Positions 1 through 7,785 of a stretch of DNA of 64,000 nucleotides are shown here, piece by piece. Made by a program: the position numbers and the translations under genes. Within the stretch, counting starts at the first letter, position 1; each line of letters starts with the position of its first letter. The DNA is from Dehalococcoidia bacterium (GTDB lineage: Bacteria > Chloroflexota > Dehalococcoidia > Lucifugimonadales > UBA3495). The stretch is taken from NCBI GenBank assembly GCA_965249355.1, contig CBDFLW010000004.1:446653-510652 (forward strand), in the 5' to 3' direction. The notes below the pieces were generated by a model. The model saw nothing but the letters and a program-made list of their open reading frames with translations, ran no database searches and had not been told where the DNA came from.

Positions 1-246
1 GTAGCCCGGGTGTATCGCTTTGGCCCCGCAGTCGCGGGCGGCCTGCACAATCTTGGGGATGTTCAGGTAGGTCTCCTCAGCGGTGTTGCCCGGCAGGGCC
101 ACCGACTGCTCCGCCGTGGTCACGTGGGGAGCGCCGGCGTCCGGGTCGGAATAGACCGCGACAGGGGCAATCCCCATGGCTCGGAGAGTCTGGTTGATCC
201 GGACAGCGATTTCGCCTCTATTGGCTACCAAGACTTTGGAAAACAT
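1..246 (-). CDS. biotin carboxylase (alpha) subunit of an acyl-CoA carboxylase, N-terminal 82 codons; gene runs off the window start
   Basis: Own reverse-strand translation from ATG at 246-244: MFSKVLVANRGEIAVRINQTLRAMGIAPVAVYSDPDAGAPHV...AKAIHPGY, the canonical ANRGEIA biotin-carboxylase N-terminus. Absent from the ORF track because it has no stop inside the window. Confidence 0.85.
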   Translation of the reverse strand, partial: MFSKVLVANRGEIAVRINQTLRAMGIAPVAVYSDPDAGAPHVTTAEQSVALPGNTAEETYLNIPKIVQAARDCGAKAIHPGY

Positions 247-307
247 CCGTCGACACGCTCAGGAGCAAATATCCGTCGCGGGGCCTTGTGGCTCAGCCAC
301 AGCCAAT

Positions 308-346
308 TTTCCCTCTCCCTCCGGGGGAGGGTTAGGGTGAGGGCGT
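308..346 (+). repeat. REP-A hairpin repeat (CCCTCTCCC-loop-GGGAGAGGG plus GGTTAGGGTGAGGG tail)
   Basis: Sequence ccctctccctccgggggagggttagggtgagggcg sits in the 100-bp spacer between the two carboxylase genes. Confidence 0.8.
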
Positions 347-347
347 C

Positions 348-1955
348 TCACATCCGGAAGACGCCCCGCCTCTGGTCCGGGAAGGGGGCGTTGATGGAAG
401 CGGCGATTCCCAGGCCCACCACGGTCCGCGTGTCCACCGGGTCGATGATGCCATCGTCCCAGAGGCGGGCGGTGCTGTAGTAGGGATCGCTCTCCACCTC
501 GTACTTCTCCAGGATGGGCCGTTTCAGGGCGTCCCGCTCTTCATCATCTAGTGTCCGGCCCTGCCGCTCCAGTTGCTGCAGCCTCACGGTGGCCAGGACC
601 TCCGCCGCCTGCTGCCCGCCCATGACCGAGATGCGGGCGTTGGGCCACGTCCACAGGAAACGGGGCTGGTAGGCCCGCCCGCACATGCCGTAGTTTCCCG
701 CGCCGAAAGAGCTGCCGATGATCACGGTGAATTTGGGGACAGCGGCGTTGGATACGGCCATGACCATCTTGGCGCCGTCCTTGGCGATGCCCCCGGCCTC
801 GTATTGGCGGCCTACCATGAAGCCGGTGATGTTTTGCAGGAACAGCAGTGGAATCCCCCTCTGGCTGCACAACTCGATGAAGTGGCTCCCCTTCAGCGCG
901 CTCTCGGAGAAGAGCACGCCGTTGTTGGCGACAACTCCCACCGGATACCCCCAGATACGCGAAAAGCCGCAGACCAGTGTTTCCCCGTACCCGGCCTTGA
1001 ACTCGTGGAAGCGGCTCCCGTCCACGATCCGGGCAATCACCTCGTGGACGTCGTACTGCCGCCGGTTGTCCGGCGACACTATTCCATAGAGTTCCGCGGG
1101 GTCATGGACCGGCGGCTCCGGGTTGGAGATATCGAAGGGAGGATCACGCCGCCTCACGAAGTTTTCGACGATGTCCCTCGTGATGGCCAGGGCGTCCTCA
1201 TCATCTGCGGCCTGGTGGTCGGCCACCCCGGATACCCGGGTATGCACCTCGGAACCTCCCAGGGTCTCGGGGTCCACCTCCTCCCCGGTGGCCGCCCGCA
1301 CCAGGGGCGGTCCGCCGAGAAAGATGGTTGCCTGATTCCGCACCATCACCACCTCGTCGCTCATAGCCGGGATGTACGCGCCGCCGGCGGTGCACGACCC
1401 CATGACCACCGCCACCTGTGGGATGCCCAGGGCCGACATCTGGGCCTGGTTGTAGAAGATCCGGCCGAAGTGGTCCCGGTCGGGAAAAACCTCCGCCTGC
1501 AATGGCAGGAAGGCTCCCCCGGAGTCCACCAGGTAAATGCAGGGCAGGTGGTTCTCTAGGGCAATCTCCTGGGCTCGCAGGTGTTTCTTGACGGTCAACG
1601 GGTAGTAGGTGCCTCCCTTGACAGTGGCGTCATTGGCGAGAACCATTATTTCCTTGCCGTTGATCACGCCGACGCCGGTCACCATTCCGGCCGACGCCAC
1701 CTCCCCGTCGTACATGTCCCACGCCGCCAAGGGACTGAGCTCAAGGAAAGGAGTGTTGGCGTCCACCAGCCGCTCGATCCGCTCACGGGCCAGCAACTTG
1801 CCGCGGCTGCGGTGCAGTTCCAACGCCCGTTCTCCGCCGCCGACGCGAGCCCGGCCCAACCGCTCCCTCAGGTCGCTTACCAAGATTTCCATGCGGGCCT
1901 GGTTGTCCACGAAATCCCGGTCGGCGGTTCGCAGGTTGGAGCTGATTACTTCCAT
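348..1955 (-). CDS. acyl-CoA carboxylase carboxyltransferase (beta) subunit, methylcrotonyl-/propionyl-CoA carboxylase type
   Basis: ORF 348..2009 carries carboxyltransferase hallmarks ([44 protein letters not shown]). Start moved to the internal ATG (MEVISSNL, 1955), which is preceded by GGGGAG. It lies directly upstream of the biotin carboxylase gene on the same strand. Confidence 0.9.
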   Translation of the reverse strand: MEVISSNLRTADRDFVDNQARMEILVSDLRERLGRARVGGGERALELHRSRGKLLARERIERLVDANTPFLELSPLAAWDMYDGEVASAGMVTGVGVINGKEIMVLANDATVKGGTYYPLTVKKHLRAQEIALENHLPCIYLVDSGGAFLPLQAEVFPDRDHFGRIFYNQAQMSALGIPQVAVVMGSCTAGGAYIPAMSDEVVMVRNQATIFLGGPPLVRAATGEEVDPETLGGSEVHTRVSGVADHQAADDEDALAITRDIVENFVRRRDPPFDISNPEPPVHDPAELYGIVSPDNRRQYDVHEVIARIVDGSRFHEFKAGYGETLVCGFSRIWGYPVGVVANNGVLFSESALKGSHFIELCSQRGIPLLFLQNITGFMVGRQYEAGGIAKDGAKMVMAVSNAAVPKFTVIIGSSFGAGNYGMCGRAYQPRFLWTWPNARISVMGGQQAAEVLATVRLQQLERQGRTLDDEERDALKRPILEKYEVESDPYYSTARLWDDGIIDPVDTRTVVGLGIAASINAPFPDQRRGVFRM

Positions 1956-2329
1956 GCTCTCCCCACGGGCAGCATTATCTATGACTTGCCCAAAATGTCC
2001 CGGCCCCATTATATCTCTCTCAGGGAACCCCGATAGAAACCGCCCTCCGTCCTTTTCAGGACAATTACGCCCAACGGAAAATCACCTCCGCAAGCGATGG
2101 AGACCAGCGAGCTTGTGCCTTGGGGACCGACTGCTCCGTGGTCTGCCGGAAGGAGGGGCTCGGGATGTGACCCACCCGACCGGACGCTGACCTAGGCAGG
2201 GCGGCGGAGTATCCAGAGGCCGTAATCACCAGGAACATTCTGGGCTGCCGGCAATTACCTGGTCCCGCCTCCCACCGGAATGAAGCGCAGGGCAATCGCT
2301 CTTTAATCAAAACAGCTTTGCCGGTGCCT

Positions 2330-2354
2330 GTCATTCCCGCGAAAGCGGGAATGG
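2330..2354 (+). repeat. REP-B hairpin repeat (GTCATTCCCGCGAAAGCGGGAAT type)
   Basis: gtcattcccgcgaaagcgggaatgg; 8-9 bp stem around a GAAA-type loop. The same unit recurs at 8 further sites in the window. Confidence 0.75.
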
Positions 2355-2488
2355 CGGGGAATTCTCCGGCAGTAGTGGGTTGCTGGATGCGAAGAAAACA
2401 AAAACGCGATTGCCATGCCGGAAGCAACGGTAGTGTTCCTCTTTGAAATTGACATCTGTTGAGTGCCGTAGCCAAGAAATTCAAAACC

Positions 2489-2675
2489 GTCATTCCGGCG
2501 AAAGCCGGAATCCAGTGCCCCCGTGAAGACTGTGGAAACGCCCTGCGTCTACAGCATCGCCAGCAAGCAGAACGGCACCCTTTGCAGAGGGGCGGGATGA
2601 CGGACGGAGGCAGGAATGACTGTTATGCGACGCCGTACGGGGGCTCTGGATTCCGGCTTTGGCCGGAATGACGGC
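2489..2675. repeat. inverted pair of REP-B units (BIME-like)
   Basis: gtcattccggcgaaagccggaatccagtg (2489-2517) and ctggattccggctttggccggaatgacggc (2646-2675) are reverse complements of each other. An outer imperfect inverted repeat is also present: tcctctttgaaatt (about 2440) and aatttcaaagaggga (about 2703). Confidence 0.75.
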
Positions 2676-2732
2676 GTATAGATGAGGATGACGGATGATG
2701 TTAATTTCAAAGAGGGACGGTACCGTAGCAAC

Positions 2733-4456
2733 GGGTGTCCGTCAGATTTTGGCGTGGGGTTGTTTTCTGATAGTCATAAGGCGCCAGGGATGGTTGGCTG
2801 GTGGGCGCCGGTGAGTGGCTGGGGGAGGTTTGGGATTCTGTTCAGGGGGTCCCCTGGGGCTTGCCGGAGGAAGCTTCGGGCTGCTTTGGACCACCGGTCT
2901 GGTTTTCGACAGGCCAGCCTCCTTGGCTGCGGCCCCCTCTCGGGGGCTGGACTGGGCCTGCCGCCCCACCGCTGGCTTCCTGGCCTTTTTCCGCAACCTT
3001 TGGTTGATCTGTGGCCACATCTCCTCCCACCGGTGACTGCAGACCGCCGTGCGCAGGGCTGCCATCGGGTTTACGTGTTCCCTGGCCCAATGCATCCCCG
3101 AGCCTTTCAACCGGGCCTCCACCACCAGCTTGTTGGCGCTCTCCACCGCCCCGCTGCCGATGGGATACCCCTTGGCTTGGAACTCGGCATACCGGATCTG
3201 CTCCCGGCGTTTCTCCAGATATTCCAGGCTGCCTCTGACTGTCTTGAGCGCTCCGGCGTCAGTCTCTTTTACCTCCGCCAATTCCCGGCACAACGCCCTG
3301 AGGCTGCCCAGCGCCTCTTCCGGCTCTCCGTGCTTCAACCGGCGCAACTGGATTCCCAACCACTCGCTGGCGGCGGCGGTTCCCGCTCCGAAGGCGGCCT
3401 GACCCGCCTTGGCCAGATGCTCCGCGGCGTGGCACCAGTCCAGAATCCGCACCGCGTCCGGCCGGTGCAGGCCGATGAACCCCTGCTGCCACTCGGCTCC
3501 GTCCATCACCGCACACACCTTCCCGGCGCTCTCGGTGCCGCGCCGGTGTGTTTCCACCATGGCCAGCCTGCCGAAGTTCCGGTGGTCCGTCATCCGGGAG
3601 AAATAGGACAGGTCCCGAGCCCGCGCCGCTCCTTCCGGCTAAAACTCCGGCGCAGACTGCTCGATGATTCCGATGGCCAAGGTCTTCACCTCGGCCCATT
3701 CCCCGCCCAACAGGGGCACCATCGCTCCGTCCACGCTCAACTGCTGCAGCGCAGGTCCCAGGGGCGCCTCCCCCATCTCTGCCTCCAGCGCCTCGACCTG
3801 CTCCCTTTGCAACTCCACCAAGGCCTGCCCGCTCCTCTCGGTGACGCGGCGGGCCGTGGCCTCCGAGACCTCGGTCTGCCGGAAGTGGGCCAGCAGTTTT
3901 GCCGCTTGAGCAAAGGGCATCCAACTGCCCAACAGGACCAGGTCCTCACTCAAGCCAGGGGTCAGGGAGCCCGGCAGCAGACCCAACTCCTCATCCAGGG
4001 GGAAAAATCCCCGTCCCGCAGGCGGGGCACACTCCTCGGCTGCGCCGCAGTTCGATGGGTTGGTCCTGGCTGGCGCACAGCCTGCGAACCGCTTCTCCCC
4101 GGCTCTTCAGCCCACTCCCGCACCGGGGGCACCGGAAGCAATCATCCTCCCGGCCACGGCCGATATTCCTCGCCTCGCTGGCCAGCGCCACATCCTGGAG
4201 CAACTGGGCTCGCGCCTGGCCCAAAAGCCCGTCCAGCGCCGCTTCAATCTCGGCCAAGGTTGCCCGGGGATCCGCTCCCGCCACTCCCTCATCCCCACTA
4301 TCACCGTCTCCGACTCAAGGCTCCAGTTCCTCTCAATGCCCTCATCCCACATCACAACCCATCCTATGCTCTCGTTTCCTTACCTTCTACCATATCCTCC
4401 CTCACCCGTCCTCTATGCCACTCCTACGGCCTTCCGCCAAAATCTGACGGACACCC
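2733..4456 (-). mobile_element. ISKra4-family-like insertion sequence, copy 1 (1,724 bp)
   Basis: Perfect 22-bp terminal inverted repeats GGGTGTCCGTCAGATTTTGGCG (2733-2754) and CGCCAAAATCTGACGGACACCC (4435-4456). Flanked by the 10-bp direct repeat CCGTAGCAAC (2723-2732 and 4457-4466), which is a target-site duplication. A near-identical second copy lies at 25677-27400. Confidence 0.9.
2742..4284 (-). pseudogene. ISKra4-like DDE transposase, interrupted into three pieces (4284-3991, 3986-3639, 3593-2742)
   Basis: The pieces read ...CPRCG...CPACGTGIFPPG*, then GLLPGSLTPG...IIEQSAPEF*, then MTDHRNFGRL..MDGAEW..ILDWCH..YPIGSGAVESANK. Joining pieces 1 and 2 needs a +1 shift inside GGGATTTTTCCCCCTGGATGAG (about 3990-4008). 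Pieces 2 and 3 share a frame and are separated by a single TAG (3639-3641). Confidence 0.8.
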
Positions 4457-4584
4457 CCGTAGCAACCATTGACTGGCAAATTCGCCTGCGATGTGTTAGC
4501 TTTAACGAGTTAGCCCAAATCGCTGGCCATCGCGGGGCGAATTGGTTCGCCCTTCAAAGCTGAGCAAGGAGCGCACAGTAAATT

Positions 4585-4968
4585 ATGGAAGTAACGACGC
4601 TCGCCATCGAAAAGCTCAAGGAAGTCATGGATGAACAGGGTGAGCAGGAAGGGGCCCTCCGCGTCATCGCCATCCCGGCGGAGACTGGTGGCCTCCAATA
4701 TATGCTGACCCTCGAGAACGAGAGCCAGAAAGACGACACCGAAGTGAATCTGGAAGGCGTCAAGTTCCTGATGGACTCCGACAGCGCACCCTTCCTGGAA
4801 GAGGCCACGATCGATTACGTCGAGAACTTCGGCGGGCAGGTGGGCTTCGTCATCAACAACCCGCTGTTCGCCAGTTCCGGCGGATGCGGCGCAGGCTGCG
4901 GTTGCGGAGCTGGTGGCGGGGGTTGTGGCTGCGGCAGCGGGGGTTGCGGCGGCGGCCACGGCCACTAG
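4585..4968 (+). CDS. HesB/IscA-family Fe-S cluster insertion-like protein with an atypical Gly/Cys-repeat C-terminal tail
   Basis: The 127-aa ORF has an IscA-like fold signature (LRVIAIP..GGLQYMLTLE...VKFLMDSDSAPFLEEATIDYVE...GFVINNP). AAGGAG lies upstream of the ATG and a terminator hairpin follows the stop. Confidence 0.7.
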   Translation: MEVTTLAIEKLKEVMDEQGEQEGALRVIAIPAETGGLQYMLTLENESQKDDTEVNLEGVKFLMDSDSAPFLEEATIDYVENFGGQVGFVINNPLFASSGGCGAGCGCGAGGGGCGCGSGGCGGGHGH

Positions 4969-5012
4969 GCCGAACGGCGCCTCGCGCCTGACTGAACACT
5001 CGACTGCCAAGA

Positions 5013-5055
5013 CCCCTGCTGGACCTGAACGAGCGAGTTCCAGCAGGGGTTTTTC
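5013..5055 (+). terminator. rho-independent terminator of the iscA-like gene
   Basis: 11-bp stem cccctgctgga (5013-5023) pairs with tccagcagggg (5039-5049), followed by ttttt. Confidence 0.75.
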
Positions 5056-5149
5056 CTTACATTCGATTTGTCGTCGGCGCGGCGCAATGAGCCGCCAACA
5101 AATAAAGCCGCCGACAACTCGGCGGCCTTCGTTTGTAGAGGTTTCTGGT

Positions 5150-5226
5150 TGGTCGGGGCGGCCAGATTTGAACTGGCGACCCCCTACACCCCATGCAGGT
5201 GCCCTACCTGGCTGGGCCACGCCCCG
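5150..5226 (-). tRNA. tRNA-Pro (anticodon GGG), CCA encoded
   Basis: Hand-folded reverse complement: CGGGGCG-TG-GCCC-AGCCAGGTA-GGGC-A-CCTGC-ATGGGGT-GTAGG-GGGTC-GCCAG-TTCAAAT-CTGGC-CGCCCCG-A-CCA. Confidence 0.9.
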
Positions 5227-5463
5227 ACACTGAGCGCATTATATCACGCCAATCTCACACGCGGGCAACGAGCAAACCGGCGGCGGCAACAGATCACGCC
5301 GTGGCCTATCGCTATAGCGTGTGGCGCCCCAATTCCATCGGGTGCCCATTTCCACTGGGTGATAGTTCCATCGCACCCGCGAAATTGGCGAATATGAGTT
5401 CGGCAATCAGGCTTGTCAGTCGCCGCCTTTCCCCCAGTGGAATTGGCCCTCTACTTCGCCCCT

Positions 5464-6051
5464 TCAGAATTCTTCGGCAAGGCCACAGATGCCGATAATC
5501 TGCACCGCCACTTCCTCAGGCGTGAGCGCGTCGGTATCGATGGTGTGGTGGGCTTGGTCGTAGGCCGGGGTGCGCTGGGACAGCAATTCCTCGATGCGCA
5601 CCATAGGGTCTGAAGGCTGTCCTGACCTTGCCGAATCGGCCAGAAGCGGGCGTATTGGGCCACCCGCGTCCTCCGCCTGCACCCGGCGCAGGATCACGGC
5701 AGGGCTGGCCGACAGGAAGAACACCCGCCCGCCCGACAGCATGGAATCGCGGTTCTCTGGATCGACGAAGGCGCCTCCCCCGGACGCGATCACCTGCCGC
5801 TCACCGGCGCATAGACCCGCGATCACCCGCCGCTCCAGCTCACGGAAGGCCGCCTCACCGTCCTCGCTGAAAATGCGGTGGATCGGCTTGCCGGCGTGGG
5901 CCACGATCACGTCGTCTGCGTCCACCAGCGTCCAGCCCCCGGCGCAGCCCAGCGCAGCGACGCCAGACAAAGACTCCGCCAGCGCCCGGCCCACGCTGGT
6001 CTTCCCAGAGGCCATAAAGCCCACCAGAATGATGTTCCGTGGCGCGGTCAC
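5464..6051 (-). CDS. aroK: shikimate kinase
   Basis: N-terminus NIILVGFMASGKTSVGRALA (P-loop) and overall shikimate-kinase layout. GTG start. Confidence 0.85.
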   Translation of the reverse strand: MTAPRNIILVGFMASGKTSVGRALAESLSGVAALGCAGGWTLVDADDVIVAHAGKPIHRIFSEDGEAAFRELERRVIAGLCAGERQVIASGGGAFVDPENRDSMLSGGRVFFLSASPAVILRRVQAEDAGGPIRPLLADSARSGQPSDPMVRIEELLSQRTPAYDQAHHTIDTDALTPEEVAVQIIGICGLAEEF

Positions 6052-6084
6052 CCCGCATCACTCCTGTGGCGAACCTGCCGCAGT

Positions 6085-6120
6085 CCCCTCTCCCTTTGGG
6101 AGAGGGATAGGGTGAGGGAG
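6085..6120 (+). repeat. REP-A hairpin repeat
   Basis: cccctctccctttgggagagggatagggtgagggag, between aroK and the VOC gene. Confidence 0.8.
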
Positions 6121-6137
6121 TCCCGCATCATCGCTGC

Positions 6138-6977
6138 CTAATCGGGCAGGCGGGTCAGGTGCATCCGCGAGCCGAGGCTGGTGTCGGTGTCGAAGTACAG
6201 CACCTGCTGGCCGATGGAGTTGGTGGCGGGCGTGTCGGCGATAAACTGCAGGCCGCGGTGCTGGCATTCGGGCATGCAGGTCGGGATGTCCCCCACCACG
6301 TAGCCGACGTGGTCCATCACGTGGCTGTCGGCAGGAATCGTCGTCGGGTCGCCCGGCTCGATCAGCTCCACCTGCACTTGGCCGAAGTTGACGAAGGCGT
6401 TGCGCCCGCCCCGCCGGGATGCGCCGCCGCCCACGTGGGTGCCGGAGAACCGCTGCACGTACCAGTCGATGGCGGCGTCGAGGTCCCTGACCATGTAGCC
6501 GGCGTGGATGATGCGCTCAACTTCACGCCCCCACCCTGACCCTTCCCCGGAGGGAGAGGGAATTTCTAAAGTCACGGGAGCCAGCTGGGTCAGGTGCACC
6601 AGGGTGCCGTTGGTCGTCTCGGCATCCAGGTAGAACACCTGGTGGCCGAAGACGTTGACGAAGGGCTCGTCGGTGGCCATAGCAAAGCCGCGGGCTTTCA
6701 GCTCCTCCACCGTCCGCTCGATGCTCTCCACCAGGTAGCCGACGTGGTGCATGTCGAGGACCTTGTTGCCGACCGCGGACTTGTCGTCGGGCTCGATGAT
6801 CTCCGCCTCGGCCTGCCCGAAGCGCAGGTAAGCATTGCGTCCGCCGCTGGGCACGGCGTAGCTGGGCGACAGCGGTCCGCCGCCCGCGTTGACCCCGCCG
6901 AAGGACCGCTCGAACCAGCCAACCGCGGCCTCGAGGTCGGATGTCAGGTATCCGATGTGCTGAATCTTGTCGAACAT
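6138..6977 (-). CDS. tandem two-domain VOC (glyoxalase/bleomycin-resistance/dioxygenase, epimerase-like) protein
   Basis: There are two homologous halves, each about 130 aa (MFDKIQHIGYLTSDLEAAVGWFERSFGG... and ...IIHAGYMVRDLDAAIDWYVQRFSG...). They are joined by LEIPSPSGEGSGWG, which is encoded by a REP-A copy (6526-6562). Confidence 0.8.
   Translation of the reverse strand: MFDKIQHIGYLTSDLEAAVGWFERSFGGVNAGGGPLSPSYAVPSGGRNAYLRFGQAEAEIIEPDDKSAVGNKVLDMHHVGYLVESIERTVEELKARGFAMATDEPFVNVFGHQVFYLDAETTNGTLVHLTQLAPVTLEIPSPSGEGSGWGREVERIIHAGYMVRDLDAAIDWYVQRFSGTHVGGGASRRGGRNAFVNFGQVQVELIEPGDPTTIPADSHVMDHVGYVVGDIPTCMPECQHRGLQFIADTPATNSIGQQVLYFDTDTSLGSRMHLTRLPD
6526..6562 (-). repeat. REP-A hairpin repeat lying inside the VOC ORF
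   Basis: cgcccccaccctgacccttccccggagggagagggaa, the reverse orientation of the family consensus. It is in frame with no stop. Confidence 0.8.
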
Positions 6978-7000
6978 GGCTGTTCTCCGGGGTGGGGTGA

Positions 7001-7041
7001 GACCCTCACCCTAACCCTCTCCCAGAGGGAGAGGGGATTTT
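7001..7041 (-). repeat. REP-A hairpin repeat
   Basis: gaccctcaccctaaccctctcccagagggagaggggatttt, between the two VOC genes. Confidence 0.8.
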
Positions 7042-7056
7042 CGGGGCTGAGCCAAT

Positions 7057-7464
7057 TTAGCAGCTAGTCGGGCGCGGGGGGGCCGGGGAGTAGCCGGAGG
7101 CGGTACAGAACTCGACGCGGTTCCCGTCGGGGTCGTGGATGAACAGGAAGGCTTGGCCGTCGTAGCGCACGCCCTCGCGCTCAATCTCGAAGCCGTTGGA
7201 CTCCAACGTGGCGCGGGTGCCCTCGAAGTCCTCGACCTCGAAGGCGTGGTGGATGCGGTCGGGCTTGGCCGGGGCTTCCTGCGTCTCAATCAGATGCACC
7301 ATGATGCCGCTGTCCAGTTGCAGCCAGGTTATCTCCGGGTTGTCCACCTGGCTCTCAATCTGCTTGATGCCCAGCAGGTTGTTGTAGAACTCCATGGCGA
7401 CGGCGGTGTCCTTGACCATGGTAGTCACGTGGTTAATCCTGACGGTCTCAATCAGTCCGGGCAT
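7057..7464 (-). CDS. VOC family protein (single glyoxalase-like domain)
   Basis: MPGLIETVRINHVTTMVKDTAVAMEFYNNLLG...HHAFEVEDFE...FIHDPDGNRVEF. Start trimmed to the internal ATG at 7464. Confidence 0.8.
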   Translation of the reverse strand: MPGLIETVRINHVTTMVKDTAVAMEFYNNLLGIKQIESQVDNPEITWLQLDSGIMVHLIETQEAPAKPDRIHHAFEVEDFEGTRATLESNGFEIEREGVRYDGQAFLFIHDPDGNRVEFCTASGYSPAPPRPTSC

Positions 7465-7562
7465 GGCCCCTCCTTCTCGGCTCGAATCGCGTTCCCCGAT
7501 TATGCCACAGCCGCCCAAGCCGGGCTACTCGCCGCCGTCACAGCGCAGCGCCTTTCTAAAGT

Positions 7563-7600
7563 TCCCTCTCCCGGAAGCAGAGGGTTAGGGTAGGGGCGTC
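7563..7600 (+). repeat. REP-A hairpin repeat
   Basis: tccctctcccggaagcagagggttagggtaggggcgtc. Confidence 0.75.
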
Positions 7601-7785
7601 CCCCTGGCAATGCAGCCAAACCCTGGCGGGCATCCCACTCCCCCGTCCCCGCCGGCTGAAGTGCGAGTATATCGAGCAATAGCGCTCAAGCCGCAGCGGT
7701 TGTCAGTGCCAATGCAACAGGCTACGATACAAAAACACTGATGCCACTCCGCCATCCCCGGCGCAAGTCGCGCAGGAGGCGCCCC

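Noticed and set aside
2090-2300. A possible SRP RNA or other ncRNA in the long mccB upstream region (it contains CCGGAAGGA).
   Set aside because: The match to the SRP domain IV motif (GGAAGCAGC, plus the GGCAG partner) is incomplete, and I could not fold a convincing helix 8.
3639-3641. The in-frame TAG in the transposase as a pyrrolysine or other recoded sense codon.
   Set aside because: The window shows no pyl genes or any other evidence of genome-wide TAG reassignment. Many ordinary genes here end in TAG (for example the IS5 transposase and permease 1). It is kept only as a read-through-or-defect question.
2682-4472. 596-aa plus-strand ORF spanning IS copy 1, and its 600-aa twin at 25623-27425.
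   Set aside because: It is antisense to the recognisable transposase pieces and has a Pro/Arg/Gly/Leu-rich low-complexity translation with no motifs. This is a typical shadow ORF in high-GC DNA.
4510-5220. 236-aa minus-strand ORF.
   Set aside because: It overlaps tRNA-Pro and is antisense to the iscA-like gene and its terminator.
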